This document shows positions 24,377 through 36,851 of a stretch of 64,000 nucleotides of DNA, piece after piece. Below the pieces are notes generated by a model. It was not told the DNA's origin. It did no database searches and saw only the letters and a list, made by a program, of their open reading frames with translations. A program made the translations under genes and the position numbers. The DNA is from Octopus sinensis (Eukaryota): contig NC_043011.1 in NCBI RefSeq assembly GCF_006345805.1, forward strand, positions 56,246,464-56,310,463, written 5' to 3'. The stretch's first letter is position 1, and each line of letters begins with the position of its first letter.

Positions 24377-26338
24377 TACTATAAACAGTAATGGCCCTAA
24401 AGAGAGTTCCCTGGGGGGGGCCTCAATGCAGATTTTGTGTTTCTCTAGAGAGGCCACTGTTGGCTGCAACTACCTGACTTATCTTTCAAGAAGTCATGTA
24501 ACCACTCTCCTAGTTTACCAGCTCCGTCAAGATCTCACAGCTTGAGATATATCATGCCACGTCCCATCTTGTCAAAGACCTTTGCAAATTCAAGATATGT
24601 CACATTAATGTTTGGGGTTAAGGTTTCAAAAGCCAGTCATAGTCCCATAAGAGCTGTGTGGGGGCAGCTTCTTTTCAGGTAGCAACTATGCTGGGTATCT
24701 TTCGGCAAGTCCTTTTCTTCTAGAAACATTATCTGTTTCCTTCTGACAATTCATTCCATAACTTTACTGAAATGAGAAGACAGATTGAGATGGACCTGCA
24801 GTTTTTAGCTTCTGCTCTGTTCCTACCTTTATGGATAGGGAATATAATTTGTTTTAGCTTTTGAGGAAGTTTACCATTTGTAAGCGAACTCTGGAAAAGT
24901 ATCTGAAGTAGTTTTGCTAAAGCCTACTTATACAACTTCAAGCGAACAACTAAGAAACCCTTGGGACCACTTGCTGAGTTTAAGCTCTTTTCATCTTTGG
25001 CTATTGTTGGTTACATCTGCCTTTTCATCTTTGGCTATTGTTGGTTACATCTGCCTTTTAATCTTTGGCTATTGTTAGTTACATCTGCCTCTTCAATGTC
25101 AATGCAACTGATGCTTGCTGCCTTCTTTTGTAGAACAATAATATCAAAGAACTCAGCCAGATTATTTGCATTGGGGAAGTGAAGACACTTTTGAATTGTT
25201 CACTGAGCACTTCACTTACTGTTTTGTGGTCCACAGTCAGTGAACCATTCCCTTGGAACAATGCTCTTATTTTGTAGGGAACTGTGGCAGTTTCCTTTGC
25301 AAATTTATAGAAAGATTTAGGGTTTGTTTTTACACTTTCTACAGCTCTGTTCTCTCTTTTTCACCTGAGAATTTGATTCTAATTTCAATTTCCATCAGTG
25401 TCTGTCTTATTTTTGACTTTTCACCATTCTTCAGGCTTTAGTTCTGTGTCTTCAAAGGATTTTCCTATCTCTGGGGATTTTATTTTTGGGCCAAGCTGGC
25501 CTTTTTTTCCTGGGGCATATTTAGTGCATATAGCTTACATCATTAATATAAACTTCAAGTCGTCGTCTTGCATATAAGACAGACTGCCACACCAATTTCA
25601 TTTGTAGATCTCTTTGCTGATAAATTTCCATTCTGCTCTATGAAAATTTAAGTTGTATATGGCTTTGGTCCTTCTAATAGAGTCAATGCCAGCAATGTTA
25701 GCTTTACACTGTTGTGGTCTGAGAGTGCTGTCGGTGTCACCTTCCCATTATGGATAAGATCCATGTTATTTGTGAAGCAGAGATCCAAGATGTCATTACC
25801 CCTGGTTGGCTGGAGTATCCCTCGTTCCATGAACAGCATATTACAAAGTTCAAGTAGTGATTCTATTTGCCTTTGTTCATGCAGTGACAACCCAAAGAGG
25901 ATTCGGTCTTCAGGCCATTTCCCATTTGTGGGGTTGAAGTCACCCAGGAAGAGTATATTGATCAATCCCTCTTCCATGCATCTGAGGTTGTCTTTCAGTT
26001 GACCATCATGTTTCAAAGCATTTGGTGGATGATACTATGTGTACATCACCACTTCGAGTTACTTTAAATACACTATGAATGTGTCACAAACCAAGTTCAA
26101 TGGTGTGACATCTTCACAGATGTACAACACAATCCACCAAGCTCTTTCCCTTGTCTTTGGAAAACAGAACACATTGGGATGTGCACCTCTGCATAATTTA
26201 CATCTGCAGACCAAAGTGTTTCTCTAAGTGTGTGTGTGTGTACACACGAGACTAGACAAATTCATTGGTTAGTCTAGTTTTACTCTGCCTGAGGAAAAGA
26301 TAGGATGGTCATTGTTGGAGCGTCACAGTTTCAATCCA
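24377..26338 (-). mobile_element. Degenerate CR1/L2-group LINE (APE endonuclease + RT)
   Basis: Endonuclease motifs LGDFNP, PTRGNDILDL, SDHN (25648-26016); RT motifs YLEFAKVFDK and PQGTL.GPLLFI; many stops and frameshifts. Confidence 0.88.
24991..25092. repeat. 3 x 34-bp tandem repeat inside the LINE
   Basis: Unit TCATCTTTGGCTATTGTTGGTTACATCTGCCTTT starting at 24991, 25025, 25059. Confidence 0.95.
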
Positions 26339-27834
26339 CAACTGTACAACTTAAATCTGATTCAAAACATGAAACTTATCTCACACACGCATATTTTGCT
26401 CTATTTTCACACAGTTCTTGTGACTCGATGAAAGAAGGTCATACGAATATCAAAATAGCCACCAACAACATTGCTAATTGATATTATCATAAATTACAAT
26501 ACAATTAAGATAATGAAAGCTGATTATAATTGTTTGTGACATAAGCAAGAAGCCAGAAATTGTTAAAAGTGGGGAGAAGTCGATTCAATTCGCCCTCACT
26601 CCACACTGTTTTAGCAAACTCAGAGGAATGAAAGTCAAACGTTAGCTTCCATGGGGTGTGAACACAGAGCAACACAGAAGCCAGAAGAAATATTAAAGAC
26701 AGGTAATCTGGTGCTGCCAATCCACCCTCCTAAAAAACTACTTTAAACTATTATTTTTACCCAGGTTACAGTGATCTTGACACTCAACAACCAAATTAAA
26801 AGGAAAAAAAAAAAAGGATGATCGCACAAGGGAGGTAACTCGTATAAGTAGTTTGCAATTCAGAGAGAATTAAGCTTCGATGTTTTTAGATTAGAAAAAT
26901 AATTCTGAGACTTGATTGATGTTATTTAGTTGGATATCAACTCTGCTCCACCAAAAATCATCAGGAAGAACTTCTGATGATTTGAGTAAGATTTCAACCT
27001 AAATTCCTACAAATTCTGAAATACTTAAATACATCACAAGACTGTACAAGACACCTAGCTGCCTGTGGACGTGACATAACGAGAAAGTTCTTTTAAAAAT
27101 AATAATAATGAAATTATTGTATATAGTGCTCAGGTGCACCACAACTTGTCAGAAAGTGTGTATAAAGTATATCCTTTATAATCCTTTTAGAAAATTTTGG
27201 TGTGTCACAGTCGTCTGTTCTAGTTTCTTTTGCAATTTACTTTCTTTTTTTTAGGGGAATTTACTTTCACTTTTTTTTTATGACGGTAAACAACATGCAA
27301 AGCAAATTGTTGCTGTTTAGCCCCAGGGCAGCCCTCACTGAACAGACTTGGAACCACTTGTACAAATGGTTCACTTTGCATGCATTTGACCCTCAACAAT
27401 TCGCCTGATAATACTTCCATCGAAACCCCACCTACAATAGCCATGTAGCTTCTACAGTTGCTCGACCTGGTAGAAACAGCAGCCAAATCTCTCTCAAGAA
27501 ATCTTAAAACTTATCTTATTATGTTCCTTTACAATTAACTTTAATTTACAATTAACTTTAATTCCCAGTTCCTATTTAATCAATCCCCAGGGTCAACCCT
27601 AAGAAAGAAAACCTGAACTTGGGGAGGACCAAAACAGAAAAGTGCAAAAATTTGTTGAAATTTGAAGGACAAACTTTTGAAAAACAAACAAAAAAAAAAA
27701 AGCACTTACTTTCAAATGTTATACGTAGTTGTCTTCTTTGTTGAGCATCTCTACCAGACTTCATCTACACATCTTGTGGGAGCGCCCTTCAATAAGTTCC
27801 TCAACACAATTTTTGCACCATATGAGTGGTACTA

Positions 27835-27865
<31 letters not shown>

Positions 27866-28085
27866 ACGCACACATGAATCAAGTGTGAAACTGCAGCAGA
27901 GACATAACAGACTGGATTGTTTTAACAACTTCTATACTTTTTAGCCATGAGAACCATCTTGAAGCCAAGTTTCCAGGACACTGTGGAACAATAAAGTAGA
28001 AAACTATTTTAAAACTCATTTAAGTTTTGGTTATAGTATAATAATTGGTTATAGTATAGTAATTGGTGTCAAATAGAGAAGAAAC

Positions 28086-28404
28086 TGGATTGGAACTGTG
28101 ACGCTCCAACAATGACCATCCTATCTTTTCCTCAGGCAGAGTAAAACTAGACTAACCACTGAATTAGTCTAGTCTCGCGTGTACACACACATACACACAC
28201 ACACTTAGAGAAACACTTTGGTCTGCAGATGTAAATGATGCAGAGGTGCACATCCCAATGTGTTCTGTTTTCCAAAGACAGAAGGGAAAGAACTTGGTGG
28301 GTTGTGTTGTACATCTGTGGAGATGTCACATCATTGAACTTGGTTTGTGACACATTCATAGTGTATTTAAAGTAACTTGAATTGGTGATGTACACATGAT
28401 AGTA
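28086..28404 (+). mobile_element. Inverted copy of the CR1-like 5' segment at 26033-26338
   Basis: Reverse-complement match including the (CA)n tract and the ACTAGACTAA/TTAGTCTAGT hairpin; reads ETLWSADVNDAEVHIP (endonuclease-like). Confidence 0.88.
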
Positions 28405-28649
28405 ACTTCAAGAAAATAATTTTTTAATTTCTTAATAAAAATGATTTGATTAACAATCAGACAAATCACATTTTTCAGGAAATGTTTTCTTTTAAACTTA
28501 CACCAGAATCTTTCAATATTTTTTTTTGGGGGGGGGGGACATATATATCCAATCACGCACAAAAAAAGTTATATTAAATTAATTATTTACTTTAAAATGC
28601 TCATATCACAAAAAATTTTCACCAATAATCTCTTTTTTCAGAATATACC

Positions 28650-28876
28650 TATTTCTTTACTACCCACAAGGAGCTACACAAAGAGGAGACAAACAAGGAC
28701 AAACGGATTAAGTCGATTATATCGATCCCAGTGCGTAACTGGTACTTAATTTATCGACCCCGAAAGGATGAAAGGTAAAGTCGACCTTGGCGGAATTTGA
28801 ACTCAGAACGTAGCGGCAGACGAAATACCGCTAAGCATTTCGCCTGGCGAGTTAGCGTTTCTCCCAGCTCGCCACC
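28650..28876 (-). mobile_element. SINE family A, full length with 15-bp TSD
   Basis: TSD TTTTCAGAATATACC at 28635-28649 and 28877-28891. Confidence 0.95.
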
Positions 28877-29299
28877 TTTTCAGAATATACCATTAATGAA
28901 GGATTGCCAACAACACATTTTGAAAAGGGGGAAAAAGTCAGACACTACTGCATAAAAGAATGGCTAACTAATTTCTGTTGGTCAAGATTAAAGAGAAATG
29001 AAAGAAGTTTTGATTTATGATCCAGAAAGTGAAAGTTCCAAAGTCAGCAGAGATTCTAATTTGTCAGAAATTTTGCAGTGATACCAAAAGTGAAAAAACT
29101 GTTTTTTCTTTGAAATGAAATAAAAGTTAAACAAAACCTGATGAAACAAAACGGTTATTGTAAAATCTGTTTGTAAATTGTGTTGGATTAATTTTATTAT
29201 AATTTTCAGACTAATAAACTAAAATGTACAAATTAGACCGGATAATACTGCATCAGGCATTTAAATTGCTGCCTATTAAAGTGAACTGTGGCTCAGGTT

Positions 29300-29640
29300 A
29301 CTTATCCCCTCAGTTCTGGAGCCAGTGGGATTATTCAGAAGCAATGGGAAGGGACCAGTGATCTTACTCTCTGTCCCTGGGTAAGAGGTAAGTGCCTCAT
29401 CTGGGACACCATTGTCTGTGACTCTTTTGTTTCTTCTTACATCCTAGATGCTATGGTAACTAGGAGGATTCACTGGTTCCTTAACCAAATGGAACAAAAT
29501 CCTGAAGTATCGGGACCTATCTCTTCCAACCTGTGGCATTTGAGATGTTCAGAGGGGCTGGGCCACTAACAGCAAAGTTCTTGTCTTACCAAGGTGTCAC
29601 ATTAGCTTTGTCATCACCCATGGTAACACTGTGAGCAGGT
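29300..29640 (+). mobile_element. Non-LTR retrotransposon relic, restriction-like endonuclease region (CRE-like)
   Basis: LTLCPWVRGKCLIWDTIVCDSF resembles PDGLTL.PW.RG..L.WD.T..D of RLE-clade elements. Confidence 0.5.
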
Positions 29641-29814
29641 TGGCTTGCTTCAGTAGATTCTGTTGAACCTTATGATGTGTGACCAATTGAAGGACCTGGG
29701 ACTGCATTGATGTTTAAAAAATTTTTTTTTTGGTCTTTTTGTTCTTTTTCTTTCTTTGTTCCTCTTTTTCCATTTTTTCTCCCAATTTTGGATTTGTATT
29801 TTTACTGTGGTTTT

Positions 29815-31233
29815 GTGACCTTGCTCTAATAGCTGAGTCACTATCAGAACTAAAGGAGAAGCTTCGGGTGTAGAAGCAAGACCTAGATTCAAAGGGCCTT
29901 AGGGTCAACCTAGCAAAAACCAAAGTCTTGATAAGTAGGAAGGCAGACAAATCACAATTCCCTTCAGGTAGATGGCCCTGCTTGATCTGTAGAAAAGGTG
30001 TAGTTAGAAACTCCATAAGATGTACCCAGTGTAAGCTATGGACACAAGAGGTGCAGCAATATCAAAGGAAGGCTAACTGGGAATATAGTTTTTGTGTGTG
30101 GCAAATGCACAGAGGTAATAAACACTGAAAATGTGCAGAGAACAACTTCCGTCACATTCCAGGGAGAAAAACTACAAGTCGTTGATAACTTCCGTTACCT
30201 AGGTGACCAAGTCAGTAGCAGGGGTGGATGCTCTGAAAGGGTAGCTGCTAGAATAAGAATAGCCTGGACAAAGTTCAGAGAGCTCCCACCTCTGCTGGTG
30301 ACAAAGGGCCTCTCGCTCAAGGTAAAAGGTAGACTGTATGACGCATGTGTGCAAACAGCTATGCTACATGGCAGTGAAACATGGGCCATGACTGCTGAGG
30401 ATATGCATAAGCTCGCAATGAATGAAGCCAGTATGCTCTGCTGGATGTGTAATGTCAGTGTTCATATACGACAGAGTGTAAGTGCTCTGAGAGAAAAGTT
30501 GGACTTAAGAAGCATCAGATGTGGTGTGCAAGAGAGACGACTGTGCTGGTATGGTCATGTGTTGCAAATGGATGAGGACAGCTGTGTGAAAAAAGTGTCA
30601 CACCCTAGCATTAGATGGAACCTGTGGAAGAGGCAGACCCAGGAAGACCTGGGATGAGGTAGTGAAGCATGACCTTTGAACATTGAGCCTCACCGAGGCA
30701 ATGACAAGCAACCAAGACCTTTGGAGATCCCTGTGCTTGAGAAGACCTGGCAAGCCAAGTGAGACCGTAACCAAGGCCTATGCCAGTGCAGCATAACCAG
30801 CCCATTTAAGACTACCCTTTAATCATTGGGCTATAAACTGCACTTGTAAAGACCTGTTGAGGCAAGTGAAATCGTTGTCATGGCCGATGACAGTACTCCC
30901 TGATTGGCACCCATGTCAGTGGCACGTTAAAAGCACCATTCGAGCGTGATCGTTGCCAGTGCCGCTTGACTGGCTCCTGTGCTGGTGGCACATAACAAGC
31001 ACCATTTGAGCTTGGTCGATGGTAGTGCTGCCTGACTGGTCCTCATGCCAGTGGCATATAAAAAGCACCCATTACATTCTCGGAGTGGTTGGCATTAGGA
31101 AGGGAATTCAGTTGTAGAAACTTTGTCAGATCAGATTGGAGCCTGGTGCAGCGATCTGGCTCGCCAGCCTTCAGTCAAACCGTCCAACCCATGCCAGCAT
31201 GGAAAGCGGACGTTAAACAACGATGATGATGAT
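29815..31233 (+). mobile_element. RTE-clade LINE 3' part (RT end, PHD-like finger, 3' UTR)
   Basis: DLALIAES...GLRVNLAKTKVL; FRYLGDQV; MLHGSETW; RRLCWYGHV; 3' UTR matches the many dispersed short copies; (GAT)n tail. Confidence 0.92.
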
Positions 31234-31541
31234 GTATCATTTACATACGTGCTACATTCCAATAAAAATAAACTTTTTCTCACCAGTTAAAAAAGTAACT
31301 TATATCAAACATTGTGGAGCATTATTAAAATGACTTGCTCTTTGAAAAATGAATTTTCGATTCTTACCATTCACACAATTATTGCATGGCAATGGTGTTG
31401 TTTGGAAAAATTCAGGAACACATTAGTATAGTATTAAGAAATGTGAATTTGATTAAGGTCGGTCCTTTGCGATGCTATCTAAACAGTTTCTAAAAAGAAC
31501 CGATTCTAGATGTGACGAGTTGTCTTGAGCAGACAAAATCC

Positions 31542-32280
31542 AGCGTATCTACACAAATGTGACCCCCACCGACTTTGTTTCCTCGTAATTTCCAGAAAAA
31601 TAGATATTTTTTAATGAAATTTTCTACAAAATATGCTTCAGATGGCGCAGATTCCGATTAAATCGGAATTTATGGTGAAAATACATTATTTTCCCCGAGG
31701 CTGGAGTGAAGAGTTACAGATAATTCACACAAACTAGCTTTGTCTCTACATATCTTTCGTGGAAAATGGGTATTTTTCAATGAAGTTTACTACAAATACC
31801 TTTCAGAGTGTGTAAATTACGATTGTATCGTTATTTAATAGGAAAAAGAAAAGCAGTGGATTTGTACACACACACATACTGGCAAACGTTGGTTTTTTTG
31901 TCGAAATTTCAAGTTTCATTTTGTATGAAGTGTTTCAGTATACGAACCCACCAAAAAGGGGTTTTTTTGGGCTTTTTCATATTAAATAACGATATAATCA
32001 TAATTTACGCATTTTGAAAGGTATTTGTAGGAAATTTCGTTACAAAAAATATCCAATTTTCTGAAAGTTATAAGGAAACAAAACCGACTCGTGTCAACTT
32101 TCCGAAATTCCTCTTTCCACATTCGGAAACTTTTTCTTTTCTTTTTCATCCCAAATTCCAAAATAATCGGAATCTGCACCATCTGAAGCGTATTTATAGA
32201 AAATTTCATTTAAAAATATCCCATTTTTCAGAAAGTTATGAGGAAACAAAGTCGGTGGGTCACGTTTGTGTAGATATGCT
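31542..32280. mobile_element. MITE, about 120-bp TIRs, 8-bp TSD
   Basis: TIR AGC(G/A)TATCTACACAAA...; TSD CAAAATCC at 31534-31541 and 32281-32288. Confidence 0.9.
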
Positions 32281-32937
32281 CAAAATCCATGGATTAAATA
32301 AAGAAAAACCAGAGGAGTTTAGTTTTGGAGATTTTGCTCGAAATAAAATCCTTTTTTTTTTAATGAAAGATTGTCAAATGCCTTAAAAAACGGTTTTAAA
32401 TCTAATAACTGGTTTATGTAATGAAGTTCCCAACAGGAACACGATTATAGAAATAGGTTATTTAATTTAGCCTTTGTAATAAATGTTACAATTCTGTTGA
32501 ATTAAAGCTCAAGCTGGAAGCTAAAATGATTAAAGTGGCATAAATGATTGGGTTTTGTGAGGTTTTCGAAAACCTTTCGATAATAGATTTGCCAACACAG
32601 GCGAAAAGGAAAATAATAAAAAAGTAGTCATTCACCAATTATCCCGAACGAAATTGCTAAGCACACAATAAATGGATAGTTATGATGAAAATTCGACATA
32701 TATATATATATATATAAATTCTGGTCTTTGGTTTAGGAAAGACTCGATAAAATGGGAAATATTTAGAAAATATTTACTTTGTCAGAAATTGGTGAAATTT
32801 TACCGGTGAGTGTAAAAGGCACAAAAAGAAAATGACTCTCCCCAGAAATTGGTGATTTCTTCGTCAAAAAAGTGAAGACGTTTCCACGAACGAAAAATGG
32901 AAATTTGATGTAATTTCTTTTTAAATACAAATTAAAG

Positions 32938-33355
32938 GGCAATCTTTCGTCTCTAGTAGACCTTTCCGTCGATTTCCGTAAAAAAATTTTTTTTTTACAT
33001 ATGGGCTTGCGGGAACTTTTGAAGTAATGAGAGCGAAAGAGACTAAGAGAAAGCGATTGTATGACGAGGGAATTTCTTTTGAAGTTACCGTGCATGGGAG
33101 CATTGATGGACATGTGTGTGTGTGTGTTTGATGGGGTGTGGGAGACAGACAGTATGTTGTGTAAGTGAAGTGCTTCTGTTAGTATGTGTGAAGAGACAGA
33201 GTAATGTGTGAAAGAAAGAGATAACTGAAATTTTTTACTCGGTGTATGTGTATATGTATGTATATTACTTCAAAAGTTCCCGCAAGCCTATATGTAAAAA
33301 AAAAAAAAATTTTACGGAAATCGACGGAAAGGTCTACTAGAGACGAAAGATCGCC
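32938..33355. mobile_element. MITE, about 90-bp TIRs starting GGC, 8-bp TSD
   Basis: GGCAATCTTTCGTCTCTAGTAGACC... vs ...GGTCTACTAGAGACGAAAGATCGCC; TSD AATTAAAG at 32930-32937 and 33356-33363. Confidence 0.93.
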
Positions 33356-33389
33356 AATTAAAGTTATTAAATGAATTTAATAACTTCAA

Positions 33390-33830
33390 TTAATGGTTCA
33401 GATACATTGCATTGCCATCAACGTCCACGGTGACCAACACCACCGATTGGAACTGGTTTTTGACTAACGAAATACTTTGAGGCTGTAACGTGGTAGTAAT
33501 TATTCCGGTTGATATTCAAATGCCGTTATTTTCCCGTTTGCCAGGCCATAAACCGCCCCCCAAAAAACCACGAGGACAATGACAGGCAGAAAAGCTCGCT
33601 TATCCTAGAAAAATAAATATCTTTTCGAAAAATGAGTTGTGACATTTTGACAGTTCGTCACTTGAATGGTGAGAGTTTGCTGGGAGATTTATTTAATCAC
33701 GACAATCCCGACAGAGTTGGATGCGACGAAGACCGTAATTTTACACAGAATTGTCTCGAGTATTTACTGCTAATCGTTCGCCCTTCTGTGGAATTCCGGT
33801 CGAATAGAGTTGGACATTATCAAGGGTGCC
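33390..33830 (-). pseudogene. Possible Merlin/IS1595-like transposase relic
   Basis: Frameshifted reading CRDC...HNSFFEK...SKYFVSQKPVPIGGVGH-VDVDG resembles the Merlin pattern C..C...SFFE...IGG.G..VEIDE. Confidence 0.4.
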
Positions 33831-34149
33831 TAAAACTGTAATTTCTTTGGATTTGTATGTTTTAAGCATCACAGATTACAGTTCTGTAAACACACAAACG
33901 GGAGATTTTGTTTTCCCCCCCCCCCTCCTCATCTTCTCAGTAAATTTTAATTTTTTATTTTTTATGAAAATTTTGTTTTTTCAGATTACTGTTGGACATA
34001 ATTTTGAAGTCTCATAATTTCAATTCTGAAAACAAATTTCAAAATGAATTCCAAACTGAAAAACGACAGAAAAGGAAGGCGGAGGTTCAAATCTCACCCC
34101 AATCTTGCAGATTCGTAATTTACGAGGCTTAAAATATACAGACCCAAAG

Positions 34150-35370
34150 AAATTATGGTTTTTGGTTAGTAAAATATTCTGGAAACCCTCTTCCATACCT
34201 GTTGTTTGGCTGGGGTTCTTTTCTTGACAGAGAACAGCATCTTTGAGAGATGCAGAGATTATTTTGCTGATTTCCAAAATCCAGTTCCAATAATATATTC
34301 TGGTGGGGGTGCATCTAGGGGTGAAGACTAATCTCACAGACTGGAATCTTAAAAGCAATTAAAACACTCGAATATAGCAAGGCCACCAGGGAGGAGGAAA
34401 TTTGGTCTGAGATGTTAAAAGCTTTAAACAGAGAAAGTATTTTCTGCCTGACTTATGCATATCAGGTAGCTTGGACCACTGGGAAAGAAACAAAACAATG
34501 GTAATAGCCCCAATTTTTAAAGAGAAGGGAGTCAGGAGAGAGAGAGCACCCTAATTATAGAGGAATCTCCTTGTTGAGCTTCCCCAGTAAAGTCTAATCT
34601 AGGTGTCTGGAAAAGAGATTTAGGGAAATTGCCAAGTGGAAGAATAGTGTGGATTCCACCCTGGACACAGCACAACCAGAGAGATATTTACTCAGAGGCA
34701 GGTCTTTGATAAATTGCAGGAATATTGCCAAGACTTGCATAACTTACTTAGTAGTTCTCAAAAAGGAATATGACTGCATGCCATGGGATGATTTTGCAGG
34801 AGTTTGGGATTAATAAGCAAATTCCAGTTGCCTTGAAATCTCTTTAAGAATGCCCAGATGTTAGCATTCGAGTAAATGATGCTAAGTTGAAACTTTTTAA
34901 TGTGGGTGTTGGATTTTGGAAGGAGAGTGTGCACCCTCTGGTATCGCAAGCAGATGCCTTCCAGAGGAGAAGAGGAGAAATTACCTTGTTTTCAGCTCTA
35001 CAACAATGTCCAGCAAACTGGACTCTTCTACCTTTCACAAGAGATGGTACATAATGGATTGGCATTCACAGCCATTGTGGAAGAAATGACAATAAGTGAG
35101 GGTAGGATCGGTCGGGTGACATTTGCAGACAACATGGTGCTCCTTGGCTCGTCAGAAGATGATCTTCAACATGGACTGAATGGTTTCTCTGCTGAATGCT
35201 GCAAGACAGGAATGAGAGTGAGTGTTGCCAAGACTGGAACATTGGTTCTCTCAAGAAAGTCTTGTCAGTGCATTCTGCTTGTTAGTGAAACATCACTGAG
35301 ACGAGTGGAGAAGTTTAAGTGTCTTAGGGCTGTATCCATAAGTGGTAGGAAGCAGAAGATGGACGGACAG
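34150..35370 (+). mobile_element. Degenerate RTE-like LINE RT fragment
   Basis: PIFKEKG...NYRGISLLS, CGFHPG.ST, VTFADNMVLL, VEKFKCLR motifs; frameshifted. Confidence 0.85.
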
Positions 35371-36820
35371 ACGGACAGATGCACGGATGGATGGTGCACT
35401 AAATTTCCAACTCTATTCCACAGGAATACTTTCTTCTATTAACATTGTATATTCTTCAGTAGACAATGGCCAGGTTTTACTCCCATTAATTATAAATGCA
35501 ATCGCAAAATAATGGTAATGAATAACCCCCCCCCCACTCGTATGACAATGTTGCTTGTTCACAACCATCGTGTGGTGTTGAGAAAAGGATACACACACAC
35601 ACACTCATATATCAGGCTTCTTTCAGTTTCCATCTACTGAATCCATTGACAAGGCTTTTGGTCAGCCCTGGGGCTATAGCAGAAGACACTTGGGCCATGG
35701 TACCACATGGTGAGATTGAACCTGAGAGCACATGGTTGGCAAGCAAACTTCTTAACCGCAGTCACACCAAGCAAATATTATTTGTTCTTTTGTTGTTTTG
35801 TGATCATTGTTTGTTTGTTTTTTTTTTTCTTGCTGGAGAAACAAACGGTTTACAACTGGACGTTCTTTCTGGTCAATGAGAAGCAAGAAATAAGTTTATC
35901 CCGTCCGGCAGATTGAAGCAAATCTCATTTAAGTGATTTTACTCACAAAGCAGCAGAAGTCGGAATTTAACTCCTGACTTTATGCTAAGTAATCCAGCAA
36001 ACTTAACCGCCAAGCACATGATTCTTCAAATAATTGTTTCTCTACATTCAAAATAATCAATTCAACAAGATTCTTCTTGCATAATTTGTCTGTTTCTGCT
36101 GTGTTTGTTTACAGCTAAAACATTGTTGCCAAGAATTTGACAAAGACTAAACATTTGAAGAAAATAACAATGTAGAACTTAAACCTGCAGGGAGAGAGAC
36201 AGAGAGAGAGAGTAGTGGTGGTGGTATTTTTAATTTGAAATAAGAATTCAATGAATCAAATGTTTTGCCATGTTTGCATTTAAAAACGAGACACTCGAAG
36301 CTACACCAAGTCATAAAAAATGTGTTTTCAACACCATTTGTCACTAAGTTGGCACCATTTAACTGGAGAAGTGAAATGTTATTTTGTTATGCTGTAACCC
36401 TGCCATGATCCATAATGGATTAAATGTATTCTGCTCAAAGAATTGGTGTTTCTTTTGTGTTGGTGAAATAAGGATTCTGGGGAATTTTCTGAATGTTTAG
36501 CATGTAGAAATTTTGTGTATAATTCCAAATAGGTCTGTTTTGCTTCTTTCTACTGGTTTCAGTCATTGCATTAAGGCCATGCTGAAGCACTGCCTTGAAA
36601 AGTTTATATTTTTTTTAGTTGGTTATAACACTCAAGTTCTTTGATTCATATTTTGTGGTTGACATTTTGGCCATTTCGGTGCTGCCTACTTGGCATCACT
36701 GACTCAGCACCAACTAACTTGACACCAGACGGTTTAGTGTTTCCCTCACTTCCTCTCGCTTTATCTGTGTCTATGTGGAATGTTTCATTCTATCTCTATA
36801 TGTGTGTTTCTGTGTGTACT

Positions 36821-36851
<31 letters not shown>

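Noticed and set aside
23330-27764. Hidden third gene on the minus strand (candidate exons 27710-27764 MKSGRDAQQRRQLRITFE and about 23330-23395)
   Set aside because: No recognisable protein, weak acceptors, no consistent phase chain; the interval is mostly LINE and SINE.
30900-31080. CRISPR-like repeat-spacer array
   Set aside because: The spacers are homologous to each other, the context is a eukaryotic LINE 3' UTR, and there are no cas genes.
34900-35442. 180-aa ORF as host gene
   Set aside because: It is part of a decayed RTE reverse transcriptase (FADN motif).
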